Source: a virus (Duplodnaviria; Heunggongvirae; Uroviricota; Caudoviricetes). From it: 36,246 nucleotides of DNA. The stretch's first letter is position 1. The number at the start of each line of letters is the position of its first letter. The stretch covers positions 1 through 36,246 of the IMG/VR virus record IMGVR_UViG_2703718820_000015; one strand, written 5' to 3'. Under the pieces are notes generated by a model. That model saw only the letters and a program-made list of their open reading frames with translations. It searched no databases and was not told where the DNA came from. The position numbers were made by a program, and so were the translations under genes. Below, piece after piece: positions 10,372 through 20,905 of the stretch.

Positions 10372-11216
10372 TGCTCCGCGATTATCTTGATGGTTGTGGC
10401 AGTAAACGCCGCACCATTTGACTGAATGGTTAACGTACTGCCATTTGTGGCAAGAAAGCCGTCTTTATCCACGCTGAAGAACGTAGCTAACAGGATGTTG
10501 TCGGTTGCTGTCGCCGAGTTACGACTGCTTACCAGTGTGTCAGGAACAGAACCGGAAAATGTTAGCTGCATTGACCTGTTGGCGGTTCCGCTGGGCCACT
10601 TCCCGACGATCGACAGCTTGAAGAACAAGGTTTTGTTCTCGTTGAACACAACCATCTTGTTGTTAACGGTGTCGAAGAATGGTGTCAACGTGCCGGATGA
10701 CGGCGTGAGCGTTTTCAGCAGGCTAACAAGGTTGGTCGGCGCTGTCGGGATGGTTACAGATACGCCAGAGTAAACAACCTCTGACTTTTTGCGAGTAGTG
10801 GCATACTCCAGAGCATCGATGCGCGTTTCATGGTCTGAAACCTGCGATTCCAGCGACTGAACTCTGGTATCAAGCGAGGCAATATCGCTTTCATTCTGAG
10901 CTATTCGTGTTTCATGTTCCTGAAGAGTTGATTCTGCCTGGCTGATTCGCTCCTCATGATTAACAAGCGTTGCTTCCGCAGCAGAAATTCGCTGCTCATG
11001 GTCAGCGAGAATCACATCCTGCTCATCGTTCCTGACCTGTGCATCATAAGCGCCCTGTCCGGCCTCGTTGGCCTTGTTAGCCACGTTACCAACATCAGTG
11101 CCCTGTGCGATAACGTAAAGCAGATACGACTGCGAGAAGATATTGCGTGGAAGGACTGATGTGTCGAGCCGTGTAGCCTGAATGATTACCGGCACATTGA
11201 GATTCGAATCAGCCAT
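10368..11216 (-). CDS. Tail needle protein (gp26-like, Sf6-type with C-terminal knob)
   Basis: 282 aa; long heptad-repeat coiled coil ([51 protein letters not shown]) followed by a beta-rich C-terminal domain. Confidence 0.85.
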   Translation of the reverse strand: MADSNLNVPVIIQATRLDTSVLPRNIFSQSYLLYVIAQGTDVGNVANKANEAGQGAYDAQVRNDEQDVILADHEQRISAAEATLVNHEERISQAESTLQEHETRIAQNESDIASLDTRVQSLESQVSDHETRIDALEYATTRKKSEVVYSGVSVTIPTAPTNLVSLLKTLTPSSGTLTPFFDTVNNKMVVFNENKTLFFKLSIVGKWPSGTANRSMQLTFSGSVPDTLVSSRNSATATDNILLATFFSVDKDGFLATNGSTLTIQSNGAAFTATTIKIIAEQ

Positions 11217-12634
11217 TACTCAATCCTTATCTGAGCACCAGACAGAGTGACAGGTGACTTCGTGATAACGCGCAATTTGAAGCCAACATTTTTCCTGATG
11301 CGCCCGACTCGCTTCCACAAAACACGTTTGTCATAAACGAACGGTTCATTTTGCTCAATCATCTGCTCACGCCCGTAATTGATGCCGTCAGTGGTTGCAG
11401 AGAGAAAAAGGCGGTCAGCATACTGCGCAACGCCAGTTGAAGATTCAACTTCAAGGTCGAAAACTCTGGCGTTATCCGCTTTGAACAACGGAGTAAACAG
11501 CAGGTGTTCCTGTTGCTTGTCGTACTGGCTGCTGATATCGAACTGCAATTTTCCTGTCATCGATTCAAGCTTATCGCCGCACGTTATCTGATTGCCTTCG
11601 TAAATGAAGTCGATAGCGCGGTACACATCGTCATACAGGCCTGTTTTCAGTACGCACCATTGCGGACCATTGGCGCTTGAAGATGCGTCGTACACGAGAA
11701 CATGGCGCGGAAGGTGGATAATCAGCAACTCATGCGCATCAAACCGCAGCGATTCCATCACGCCATCAGCCAGTTCATCAGCAGTGTAGGAGCGGAGGAT
11801 TTTCTCAATGCTCGCGCTGGCGATTGGTGACACCTGACCGGATCCGATGATGTACACAGACGGCGCACCTGTTGCAGGATTGCTGATGAACGCATAAGAA
11901 TCAGCAAACGGCGTTTTGCAGTAGGTTCCGGCGATTCCTTTTTGCACCATCAACGATGGCTGGGCGACATACAAAGCGGCACCAACGGTGGTTGCACCAG
12001 TCAGGGAGAAATATTCAATCGTCGATGAACCAAAGCAGACGATGAAGTCTCGCCATGTTCCGATTCCGATGATGCCGTCCGGCTGAGACTCGGCACGATA
12101 TTGTGCACTGTAGCGGTCAGGATGTGATTCGTCTTCAAGGTCAGTGATGAACCATGAATCAGTGCCATCTTTTGACCACGCATAACGCCCACGTAAGCGA
12201 GTAATGTCGCGAACAGAACCTAACTCATACTGCGTGAATCCGCTGTCCGTAGGCCAGTTTGAGACGGTTTTAACCGTGCCATCATAGCGATACTCGACCA
12301 GTTGACCATTAACGCCTACCGCCTGTGATGTCCGACCATGCGCCATTGATACGCGACCACTTCCGGCAACATCACCGACTTCACTTTCTCCTTTGTACAG
12401 CTTGCCACCACACACGCGATAAACAGCATTCTGCGCCATGTTGTACTCGACGCCTCGCGATACTCCGTTCACATCAGAACGTTTGGCAATGCCCGGGAAT
12501 GAACGAAGATATCCGCTGCTGTTAAGGATTTCTTTGGGTGTAGCCAACATATTCACTGGCAGATAGTCGATATAGTCAGCGTTTCTAAAGTCTTTGCCGA
12601 CACCTTTCATAAGCGGAAGTTGCTGAATCGGCAT
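11216..12634 (-). CDS. Tail hub / head completion protein (P22 gp10-like)
   Basis: 472 aa starting [48 protein letters not shown], matching the P22 gp10 N-terminus as recalled and its length. Confidence 0.85.
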   Translation of the reverse strand: MPIQQLPLMKGVGKDFRNADYIDYLPVNMLATPKEILNSSGYLRSFPGIAKRSDVNGVSRGVEYNMAQNAVYRVCGGKLYKGESEVGDVAGSGRVSMAHGRTSQAVGVNGQLVEYRYDGTVKTVSNWPTDSGFTQYELGSVRDITRLRGRYAWSKDGTDSWFITDLEDESHPDRYSAQYRAESQPDGIIGIGTWRDFIVCFGSSTIEYFSLTGATTVGAALYVAQPSLMVQKGIAGTYCKTPFADSYAFISNPATGAPSVYIIGSGQVSPIASASIEKILRSYTADELADGVMESLRFDAHELLIIHLPRHVLVYDASSSANGPQWCVLKTGLYDDVYRAIDFIYEGNQITCGDKLESMTGKLQFDISSQYDKQQEHLLFTPLFKADNARVFDLEVESSTGVAQYADRLFLSATTDGINYGREQMIEQNEPFVYDKRVLWKRVGRIRKNVGFKLRVITKSPVTLSGAQIRIE

Positions 12635-12643
12635 TTATTCACC

Positions 12644-13105
12644 TCACGTACTCGGATCATCTTTCTCGATGTAAAACCGATTCCACGTAAACGCGCTTTT
12701 TAACCCCGCACCGCGAGGCATGTCATTTCGTCGCTCAAGTGGTGGTATTTTGGTTAAAGCGATACAGATTGTCTGATATGCACTGTCAGCAGCGGTAAGG
12801 AGAGCGTCTGACGGCTGAATGACGTTATCCATGCACACTTGCACAGCGAGTTTCAAAGCGACGCCATCATTTGCCCATGCAGGGATACCTGAATCATCGT
12901 CAGGTAACGGCATGATGCCGTTTTCTGTATCAGCAAACTGATATCCAAGCTCGATACCTTTCGCCTGCCATGCTGCCATCATGTCTTCGAGGTCATTAAT
13001 GGCATCTTCAATTGCCTGAGGGTCAGCATCTGTCAACGTGGCATTGGAATACAGCCCAGCTTTTCGTAAAGCCTTTAGAACGAGATCACCCTTCGTTTTC
13101 GCCAT
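12644..13105 (-). CDS. Head-tail adaptor (P22 gp4-like)
   Basis: 153 aa; immediately upstream of the gp10 homolog in gene order. Confidence 0.75.
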   Translation of the reverse strand: MAKTKGDLVLKALRKAGLYSNATLTDADPQAIEDAINDLEDMMAAWQAKGIELGYQFADTENGIMPLPDDDSGIPAWANDGVALKLAVQVCMDNVIQPSDALLTAADSAYQTICIALTKIPPLERRNDMPRGAGLKSAFTWNRFYIEKDDPST

Positions 13106-13274
13106 CTTCTTCCGCCTTAGCCACTTTTTGCTTCGTTGCGGTTTCTTCAGGAGTTTTCACCCAGCCTTTTTTCAGGTGAGATTTAACTTCTTCGTCATCA
13201 ACAATGATGTAATCGACAGCAAACTGACCACAGGTGATCATGTTGCCAGGCTTATAGAGCATTGTTCGTACCAT
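13086..13274 (-). CDS. Small protein between coat and adaptor genes (Sf6 gp6 position)
   Basis: 62 aa from the ATG at 13272-13274 with GGGAGAAG SD; ORF-track start at 13313 falls inside the terminator hairpin and is rejected. Confidence 0.5.
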   Translation of the reverse strand: MVRTMLYKPGNMITCGQFAVDYIIVDDEEVKSHLKKGWVKTPEETATKQKVAKAEEDGENEG

Positions 13275-13284
13275 TGTCTTCTCC

Positions 13285-13310
13285 CAATAAAAATGGGGCC
13301 GAAGCCCCAC
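13285..13310 (-). terminator. Intrinsic terminator/attenuator just downstream of the coat gene
   Basis: GGGGC-UUCG-GCCCC hairpin with a UUCG tetraloop followed by AUUUUUAUU on the minus strand. Confidence 0.6.
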
Positions 13311-13315
13311 CAAAA

Positions 13316-14569
13316 TTACTGCCCGGCAATAACGATGCCCGTATATTCAGGAACCAGTACAGAGCAACCGTACAGAGTGGTGAAACGTGCAGTGGTTACG
13401 CCTTTGATGTGGTCGAAGGCGTAAGACATGATCAGCGTAGCGCCCTGCTCGGTGGTTGCTGTCATTACCTGTGGACCCTGACCAGTCGGGAACGCCAGTT
13501 TGCCGTACATCAGTTCAACAGAACCATCAGCCCAGAACAGGTTAGCCGGTGCGGCATTTTTGTTGAGAATGGTGATTGCTGCGCTACTTGCCGCATTAGC
13601 ATCAACGTTTGCATATGGACGGCTGGCGACATCCGCGTTGTCAGGCGGCAGAATTTTCGGGGAGATAGTTACTGTCGTTCCGCTAACTGCCAGAACGCGG
13701 AATACCTGCGGCTGCCCGGTGGTATCTTTGGTGATCTGGTGTACGGAATTCACCCCTGCGATGGTAAACGCATCGCCAACCTGCAAACCTTCAGCAGATA
13801 CCGTAATGGTCCCCTGTCGGTTATCCACTGGCATTTCGTTAGCATCTTTCGCTTCAACCTTGTGCGCAGGTGCTGCTGCCAGCGTAATGGAAGTTGCTGT
13901 ACCCTTCGGAACACGACCAGAAATATCGGTCTTGTAGCTATCGAAGGACGCAACCGGAGGGATCTGCGCTTTTTCGTATGCTGTCAGGGTTGCGCCCTGA
14001 GCATAGGCACGGTGACCAAGCTCGCCAGCAAGGTCTTTGTAGTTGAAGGGGTTCCAGAAAGAGCGGCGGTTGATACCCTGTGGTACACCAATCGCCGTCA
14101 TGGTGGCATCAATACCTGCCGCACAGTTCCACAAATCACGGCCCTGTGAACCAGTGGTTGAGTCAGCCATTGTGATCACGTTAGTAGCACGCTGCGTGAC
14201 CATGGAAATCAGGTCAGAGTCAATCTGTGCAGCAAGGCGCATACCTGCGGCGCGACCAGCTTCAGTTTTATGTTCCGGGTCACGCATTTCACGCGCATCC
14301 AGAGTGTACAGAATGTTTTTCGGCTCCTTGAACACAGAAGGAACAAGGCGCTGAACCAGTGCTGTTGGCGTTTTGCCGCTGAGGTCTAGGCCTTCCTCAA
14401 TGTTCATGTGGTAATGCTGCGGACGATACAGAACATCACCTGCTCGCTGCATTGCTGTATCACCGGGACGGAATTTTTTAGCGTTACGGGAAACTACGCA
14501 GGCGGCCTCAAAGCCTTCAACGTAGTTTTCGAACATGATTTCAAGGTCTTTTGCTAATTGGTTAGCCAT
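13316..14569 (-). CDS. Major coat protein (P22-like family, Sf6/CUS-3 branch)
   Basis: 417 aa following the scaffold gene and preceding a terminator; size and position as for P22-like coat proteins. Confidence 0.85.
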   Translation of the reverse strand: MANQLAKDLEIMFENYVEGFEAACVVSRNAKKFRPGDTAMQRAGDVLYRPQHYHMNIEEGLDLSGKTPTALVQRLVPSVFKEPKNILYTLDAREMRDPEHKTEAGRAAGMRLAAQIDSDLISMVTQRATNVITMADSTTGSQGRDLWNCAAGIDATMTAIGVPQGINRRSFWNPFNYKDLAGELGHRAYAQGATLTAYEKAQIPPVASFDSYKTDISGRVPKGTATSITLAAAPAHKVEAKDANEMPVDNRQGTITVSAEGLQVGDAFTIAGVNSVHQITKDTTGQPQVFRVLAVSGTTVTISPKILPPDNADVASRPYANVDANAASSAAITILNKNAAPANLFWADGSVELMYGKLAFPTGQGPQVMTATTEQGATLIMSYAFDHIKGVTTARFTTLYGCSVLVPEYTGIVIAGQ

Positions 14570-14587
14570 GTTTAATGCTCCGATAGG

Positions 14588-15481
14588 TTATTTTTTTGCC
14601 TTTTTAGCGGCGAAATACGGCGTCCAGTCACCAGTTTCCAGCGCCTTGGCTTTCAATTTGCCGAGGTTGTTGATTACTGCGCCGTTGCTCCCCTTAACTG
14701 TCGGGGTTGTGGCTGCCGTGGTTTTTGCTTTTGGCATGACTCTGGCCTTCGATTCGATACGTTCCAGCAGACGACCAATTGCTACGGGGTTGGTAGCTTC
14801 TGCCAGTTGCTTGCGCAGTTCAGCGTTGCGACCGAGCGCCAGAACAACGATTTCCGGCTTCTCTGACTCAAACAGGATCGCGTTTTGTGTCTCGATGGGG
14901 ATTTCCTCGAGTACGGCCTGTTCTGCTTCCTGATAGCCAGGAACTTTGAGAGCCTTAACACGTTGCTGATATTTGGATAATCGCTCTTGATAGGCAGCCT
15001 GAAGCTCCTGCTCCTTCTGCTTGCGAGCCATCTCCTGTTGCTGGTACTTGCCGTTATCCTCTGCCCACTTAGCCATGCGTTGCTGGTAGATTTCTTCATC
15101 GAAACCGATGTCCTCATCATCCAGTTTTGGCATTCGCGGTGGTTGAGTTATTACCGGCTGCTGCTCGACGGGTTTCTGAGACTGACGCATCAGCTCTTTC
15201 AGCTCGCGGTCTTTCTCTTTAATCGTCTTGCGCAGGTGTTTTACCAGTCCATGCTCTGCGCCATCTTCGCTGGTTGGCGAATCCAGCTTTTCGTCACCAA
15301 AGTAGAATTCCTGTTCTGATTCGTCGTCATCAGTTTCAGTAGCTTCCTCTGCATCATTGCCGGAGGACTCACTGCCATCTTCTGTTTCGACTTCTTCAGC
15401 CAGTTCGACATCATCAGGAATCTGCTCTGACGCGTCGGTTTCGATTTCAACTTCTGGTGTGTTTTCTGCCATCTGGTCCAT
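14588..15481 (-). CDS. Scaffolding protein
   Basis: 297 aa; highly acidic N-terminus, Gln/Lys-rich helical middle, basic C-terminus; between portal and coat genes. Confidence 0.85.
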   Translation of the reverse strand: MDQMAENTPEVEIETDASEQIPDDVELAEEVETEDGSESSGNDAEEATETDDDESEQEFYFGDEKLDSPTSEDGAEHGLVKHLRKTIKEKDRELKELMRQSQKPVEQQPVITQPPRMPKLDDEDIGFDEEIYQQRMAKWAEDNGKYQQQEMARKQKEQELQAAYQERLSKYQQRVKALKVPGYQEAEQAVLEEIPIETQNAILFESEKPEIVVLALGRNAELRKQLAEATNPVAIGRLLERIESKARVMPKAKTTAATTPTVKGSNGAVINNLGKLKAKALETGDWTPYFAAKKAKK

Positions 15482-15571
15482 TTGTTACCCCTGTTTACTC
15501 GATGTTCAGCCCATCGGAAGGCAATAGGGTGCCAGGCCTCATAAAGACAGCCATTGCACGTTATGGGTTAA

Positions 15572-17770
15572 TTACTGCTGTGGTTGTTGCTGAGTTGATT
15601 TTTGCAGGATGCTGCTGATGTCCATGCGCTGCGCATGACCCTGTGCCTGACTTTTCAGGACAAGCTCTGCATCAGCACGGGCATTGTCTCCTTGCTGTTG
15701 CTGGAACTGTCCGAGCAGTTTCAGAGCCTCGCGGATATCAGATTTCTGCTGGCTATCGGCAGATGCGAGGATTTTCACAACGTTTGCCGCTGCAACCTGA
15801 GCATCAGTCTGTGCCTGGAATGCTTTAACCTGAATGGCTGCCTGTTCGTTCTGCGCTTTCTGCAATTCAGCCTGACCAGCAAGAAGCTGACCTTGCGCTG
15901 CAACCATAGCCGGATCTGGCTGACTGGCCTGTTGTTGTTTCGCCTGCTCAACCATTTGCTGTTCTTCAGGCGTTCTCGGCTTGATAACGCCAGACAGAAG
16001 CAACTGATTGCGGTTGTATTCTTTCAGGTCGTCCATCCCTTCGCCGTCCATATTGTCGAGAATCATCGATGATACAAGGTCATGCTTCGGCGTTCCTGGC
16101 GGGATAAGTGCCAGCATGGAAAGTAACGACTTAACCGTTGCATCACGGCGAGTAGCGAACGACTGACCGACATCGACAGTCACTTCATAGTTACCCTGCG
16201 AAAGGTCGTTAAGCGCGATAACCTGCCCTGCCTGACGGTCAACCACTTCACCAGTCATCAGCGCCACGTCATCGCTGCCATCCTCATTAACGATGCGCAT
16301 TGGCGTATCGCTGCCATAGACTTCACGAGCCATAGAAAGCCACACGACGCCAGCACGGCGCATGGATTTAGCCATGTTGTCCATGTAGATATAGGACTGC
16401 GTGTCCATCCGGTTAAAGATGCTATCAACGGTATCGGTGGCGACGTTGCTCGGCATGTTCTCAAGCTGCGACGCACCTGTAATTTGCTGAATAGCCGTTC
16501 CGGTGTACTGCAATAGCCCGGCAAGAGCTGGAGGCATTTGTGTCGAAGGCGTATAACTGCTGACCTGAGCCTGCGCAGTAATATCTCCGTTTTTGTTTTT
16601 CAAACTGACCATCGGCAGGAACGCCGGGCGCTTTTTGTTGCGCTCCGCCCAATGAGTGGCAAGAGGACCAGGAATCATGTCAACATCAACTACAGGAATG
16701 CCATCGCCGCCAGCCTGAGTAGCGTTATCTGCAATCATGGAAACCATCAGGTTCTCAAGACGCTGTGCATCCATCGCTTTTGCTGCGTGGCCTTCGATTC
16801 GCTCCTGATTATCAACAAATGAACGACGCCCATATACCGGGATGAGAGGAATATGTTCGCCCGGAATACGCTTCGGTTCTTCCAGCCATTCAGCGCCAGA
16901 CAGAAGACCGCAATAAACTCGGCGTTTCTTCACCGTTCGCTCGCCAATCAGTTCGAATGCACCATCGGTCAGCTCGTCGACAATATCTTTGATTTGCTCT
17001 TCATCATAGATTGCCGTTTCTCCGCTGACAGGGTTACGCCATGCTGTGAGCTTCACCTTCTCTATGCGGACTTCGTAGTAGCGTCCAACATAGATGGCAT
17101 CTGGCGTTGACCAGTCATATTGAGTGCCAGTGTCATCACGAGAAAGGCTTGCCGCGATGGAATCAGGGTATTCAGCCTCGAACGCTTTAGGCGTCATGGA
17201 GAACATTTCCATAGCCCACATGGCATCAGAGCGGTCATATTGCTTGCTGTCCTGATCGAAGAAGACGCATGTCGCTGGGTCGTAAACAGGAAGAAGGCTG
17301 ATGCGTCGCTGCTCGTTACTCGGATCCATTTCATCTTCGTAATCGGCACACATGCGGAAACAACCGAATCCGCCCGTTACAGCATCATCAAATGCGTTAT
17401 CACACGCTTCGCCACCGGATGTTTCCTGATAGTCAGCGCGGAATTTGCCGTTCATCTTTTCGGCTAACGCTTCCGATGCCTTGTCATCCTTCGGCCTGAA
17501 TTTAACGCTGATGCGATTCTGTCGATACTCGCCAATGATGCGATCACATTCACGGGCAATCTTATTCAGCTCAAAGCGCGGGTAATGCTCAAACCTGCCT
17601 TCATCAAATGAGTAACCAGCGTTTGTGCTGCCTTCCCACTGTGCGCCGGACACCCGGACGAAACGTTGAGCCTCAATAATCTGCTCACGCATATCCTTCG
17701 TTGCTGACCAGGCATTATCAAAGTTGCACAGCACCTTGCGATGCCAGTCAGTCATCTTTTTTTCAGCCAT
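15572..17770 (-). CDS. Portal protein
   Basis: 732 aa; conserved stretches such as GEHIPLIPVYG and TAWRNPVSGETAIYD align with the P22 gp1 portal as recalled. Confidence 0.9.
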   Translation of the reverse strand: MAEKKMTDWHRKVLCNFDNAWSATKDMREQIIEAQRFVRVSGAQWEGSTNAGYSFDEGRFEHYPRFELNKIARECDRIIGEYRQNRISVKFRPKDDKASEALAEKMNGKFRADYQETSGGEACDNAFDDAVTGGFGCFRMCADYEDEMDPSNEQRRISLLPVYDPATCVFFDQDSKQYDRSDAMWAMEMFSMTPKAFEAEYPDSIAASLSRDDTGTQYDWSTPDAIYVGRYYEVRIEKVKLTAWRNPVSGETAIYDEEQIKDIVDELTDGAFELIGERTVKKRRVYCGLLSGAEWLEEPKRIPGEHIPLIPVYGRRSFVDNQERIEGHAAKAMDAQRLENLMVSMIADNATQAGGDGIPVVDVDMIPGPLATHWAERNKKRPAFLPMVSLKNKNGDITAQAQVSSYTPSTQMPPALAGLLQYTGTAIQQITGASQLENMPSNVATDTVDSIFNRMDTQSYIYMDNMAKSMRRAGVVWLSMAREVYGSDTPMRIVNEDGSDDVALMTGEVVDRQAGQVIALNDLSQGNYEVTVDVGQSFATRRDATVKSLLSMLALIPPGTPKHDLVSSMILDNMDGEGMDDLKEYNRNQLLLSGVIKPRTPEEQQMVEQAKQQQASQPDPAMVAAQGQLLAGQAELQKAQNEQAAIQVKAFQAQTDAQVAAANVVKILASADSQQKSDIREALKLLGQFQQQQGDNARADAELVLKSQAQGHAQRMDISSILQKSTQQQPQQ

Positions 17771-17771
17771 A

Positions 17772-19187
17772 TCAACCTACACCACAAGGAATTGAGTAAC
17801 TGGAATAGTCGGGTTGCGCAGCCGACTCCGGGCAATGCATACACATCATCAGCGCATCAGCCAGGTTAGGAGATGGAATACCGAGCTTCTGCTTCATTTC
17901 GACCTTAGTCATAAGCTCCAGCTTCCCGTTATTATTGAATTTGCGCTGAATCTGCGTCAGTTCTGCAAACAGCTTCTCCAGCATCTTCTCGCCTATCACT
18001 TCTTTGTCGAAACTCAGCATGTCGTCTGGGTCTGCATACTCACCGTGAACAACCGCCCGATATGTCAGATACAGCCTGTCAGCCAGCGCGTAATAGAATT
18101 GCGCTCGCTTATTGCGGAATACATCGCCAATAGTGCGAACATTGTCGCCCTGTACGACTTCATCAGCCCATGCTCCGGCCTGATATGGCGCATCTTCATC
18201 GAATGGCGATTCGCTGCCCTTGAACATCGTGGCGGTGATTTTCTTGCCGGAGAACGCTTCCGTTGTCTGTCTGCGTAGCCCGGCACCAACACCATCACCA
18301 TCCCACAGGTAGTGGTCAGAGCCGTCTTCAATCGCCAGCGAAGTAGCCCAGTCAGCACCCTCGTTGATGTCCATCAGCAGACCTTCGGCAATGCGCTTAA
18401 CTACCGAACCGTGACGCGATGCGTAACCTTTAGCATCTGGCCCTGTATCTGATGGGTCATGCGCAGAGACAACCGCACCTTTCGCTTTCCATCCGAGTTT
18501 CTTGTGCGCATCGGTTGCAGCTTCAAGCCATTCACGTTTGATGATTGCCATATCACTTGCGCTCACTGGCTCACCAAGCCAGATGTGACGATACAGTGTC
18601 GGATTTCTGCGTTTACACTCTTCCATCTCCAGACGGAGAACTTCAGGAAAGTGCGGGTTGTCGGTGTAGTTCACCGTCAGCAGACAAATATCATCGGGAG
18701 GATTTACAACGAATCGCTGATAGGTATCGTCGAGGATATTTTTCGGGTTAAAGCTCACCCATATTTCGGAAAACGGCTTGCGGATGGTTGGAATCAGGAT
18801 ATCCCACGATTCCTTCGTTACCGCTTCCGCTTCTTCCACCCAGCAGATATCAATGCCTTCGAGCGATTTAATCTTCGTCGGGTTGTTTTTGATGCCGTAG
18901 AACATGAATTCAGCATTCGTTCCGAGATGACGAATCATGGAACGCTGAATTTCAAACTCAGCCGAATACCCTTCCCGCTCGATGGTGTCTTCAAGCAACC
19001 GGATTACCGAATCGCTGATACTGTTTTGCAGTTCACGAGCGCAGAGTATACGCACCGGCTGCCGACGCGCCGCTTCAACAAGCAGCCTAGCAATTACCCA
19101 TGACTTACCGCTACCTCGACCGCCTTTGGCGACTTTGTAGCGATGCGCCTCAATAAACGGTTCAAAGATAGGATTAATCGAGGTCAT
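17772..19187 (-). CDS. Terminase large subunit
   Basis: 471 aa; Walker A KGGRGSGKS near the N-terminus; overlaps the small-subunit stop. Confidence 0.9.
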   Translation of the reverse strand: MTSINPIFEPFIEAHRYKVAKGGRGSGKSWVIARLLVEAARRQPVRILCARELQNSISDSVIRLLEDTIEREGYSAEFEIQRSMIRHLGTNAEFMFYGIKNNPTKIKSLEGIDICWVEEAEAVTKESWDILIPTIRKPFSEIWVSFNPKNILDDTYQRFVVNPPDDICLLTVNYTDNPHFPEVLRLEMEECKRRNPTLYRHIWLGEPVSASDMAIIKREWLEAATDAHKKLGWKAKGAVVSAHDPSDTGPDAKGYASRHGSVVKRIAEGLLMDINEGADWATSLAIEDGSDHYLWDGDGVGAGLRRQTTEAFSGKKITATMFKGSESPFDEDAPYQAGAWADEVVQGDNVRTIGDVFRNKRAQFYYALADRLYLTYRAVVHGEYADPDDMLSFDKEVIGEKMLEKLFAELTQIQRKFNNNGKLELMTKVEMKQKLGIPSPNLADALMMCMHCPESAAQPDYSSYSIPCGVG

Positions 19188-19606
19188 TTTCCGAATAGAG
19201 TGCTCATCGGTGATGTTTCAATCTGAATTGCGCCGCCGTCCTTACCGACAAGCTCGTTAGTTACCTTGTCGCCATACTTACGGGGATTCATTCGGGCCAG
19301 CGCCCATTTGCGGGTATCAACGCGAAGTCTTGCCTTTGCCACCTCAGCAGCATCTGGAATCGCATTGTCAGCAATTTCGAATATCTCTTCGAAAATAGAA
19401 TCAGCTCGTGCCTCAGTTGCCTTCGCGTACTTGTCGCGAAAATCCTCATGCTTTGCCAACCAGCGGAAAACAGTGGACTTATCCGGCATACCAGGACGCT
19501 TACATACTTTCAGCAAACTTTCGCCAGAAGAAAGCAACGAGCAGATATCGTCAGCCACCTCCGGCATATAATCAGAGGGGCGACCAGCTTTTGGTTCAGT
19601 CGCCAT
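19184..19606 (-). CDS. Terminase small subunit (Sf6 gp1-like)
   Basis: MATEPKAGRPSDYMPEVADDICSLLSSGESLLKVCKRPG... matches the Sf6 TerS N-terminus as recalled; an alternative start two codons upstream at 19612 is possible. Confidence 0.85.
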   Translation of the reverse strand: MATEPKAGRPSDYMPEVADDICSLLSSGESLLKVCKRPGMPDKSTVFRWLAKHEDFRDKYAKATEARADSIFEEIFEIADNAIPDAAEVAKARLRVDTRKWALARMNPRKYGDKVTNELVGKDGGAIQIETSPMSTLFGK

Positions 19607-19818
19607 ATTCATCTCACTTAGTTGTTATTTCAGGCTGAGGACTCTTTCGCGCCTTCAATCAGTGACTGCTTCAGCAATTCAAGTGTGCCAATCGCCTAGC
19701 ATAAACTGATTTCACCATCGTAATCATGGATGACGCTTTCCAGCCGCTTGTATAGCTCTTGAGTAATTGGGAATTTCTTCTCCTTACCAAGATCAACGAC
19801 GCTTGTCATAGAGGATTC

Positions 19819-20106
19819 CTATAATTTTGAATATCCAGACTCAAATACCTCAGCAGGAGAATATGATTCATATCCATCCTCATAGACAACGTAATAGCCT
19901 CCAGACATTGGTCGGTGCTTACAGATATATTCCGCGCTAACATCAAATGCTGCGTATTTCTTATCATCCGGATGAATAATTGCCCCATAACTAGAAGAGC
20001 CAGTCTTACCAGACTGATCTGGGTTTGGCTTATGTTCTATAGAGCCAATCTTCAGGGCGCGAACTTTTTTGTGGCACTGGTATCTCGGCATTTCTTGTTC
20101 AGTCAT
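19819..20106 (-). CDS. Hypothetical protein (95 aa)
   Basis: Intact ORF in the late-operon direction between lysis genes and terS; no family recognised. Confidence 0.45.
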   Translation of the reverse strand: MTEQEMPRYQCHKKVRALKIGSIEHKPNPDQSGKTGSSSYGAIIHPDDKKYAAFDVSAEYICKHRPMSGGYYVVYEDGYESYSPAEVFESGYSKL

Positions 20107-20109
20107 CTC

Positions 20110-20352
20110 TTACACTCCGGTAGTGAACAGGTCTAACGCTTCCTTCGATTTACGCACCGCTTCGATAGTGCGGGTCGTGATATCCGAATTAGCGCCGCCT
20201 GACTGGAAGTGAATTTTGAATAGCTCAAGCTTCAGCTCGTCAGTGCCAATGAACTGAAATGCTTCTTCTGCGGCTGCGTTCTGGTTCATGACCAGTTTGT
20301 AAATCTCTAACTGGAATTTCTGTTCTTCAGTCATGGGAATAATCTCTGCCAT
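20110..20352 (-). CDS. Hypothetical protein (80 aa)
   Basis: ORF with AACGGAG SD; tightly packed with the downstream 95-aa gene. Confidence 0.45.
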   Translation of the reverse strand: MAEIIPMTEEQKFQLEIYKLVMNQNAAAEEAFQFIGTDELKLELFKIHFQSGGANSDITTRTIEAVRKSKEALDLFTTGV

Positions 20353-20905
20353 TGTTGGCTCCGTTTATCCGTTAAAAGGGATATCAGTTAAGTTATCCCG
20401 TGTAGGGTATAAGCCATTATCAAAGCCACTCTGTAGGGAATGGCTTTTGTGATGGCATCACTTACTCTTTACGCTGCTATCCCACTCATCCCGGAATTTT
20501 GATGGGTTATTGAAACCTTCTGCTGACATAACAACTCCTTCAATATTTGGCTGGAATTAGGATGTCTTTCCATCAGTCCGCCACCACAAAGAATCTTTTT
20601 TGCCTTAAGGCTGGAGGTTCATCTTTCAGTGGCTGCCAGTGTTATTTCCCCACTTACTGGCTTGGGTTGTTTCGCGGTACTGCCGTAACTGGTTGCCCAG
20701 AATAAATTCCGGTTTCATTATCAAGCCCACCCGTAGATAGGCTTTGTAATGAACCGGCTCTTATCTCAACGCAGCCCCTTACCGCGCGCCAGATGCTCAA
20801 TATCAAGCATCAGCAATGAGATATTTAATCTGGATTCACTCCAGAAGTGATCACCACCCTGTCTACAGAGCCAGATGTGAAGGATGATGAGTAAAATTAT
20901 CGCTA

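Noticed and set aside
13262-14149. 295-aa plus-strand ORF
   Set aside because: Lies entirely antisense to the coat gene; Cys/Arg-rich low-complexity translation typical of a shadow ORF in GC-rich coding sequence.
15602-16072. 156-aa plus-strand ORF
   Set aside because: Antisense to the portal gene; shadow ORF.
18459-19103. 214-aa plus-strand ORF
   Set aside because: Antisense to the terminase large-subunit gene, which has a clear Walker A motif; no independent start signals.
20353-20905. Lambda bor-like lipoprotein gene downstream of Rz
   Set aside because: No ORF with a lipoprotein signal on the opposite strand.
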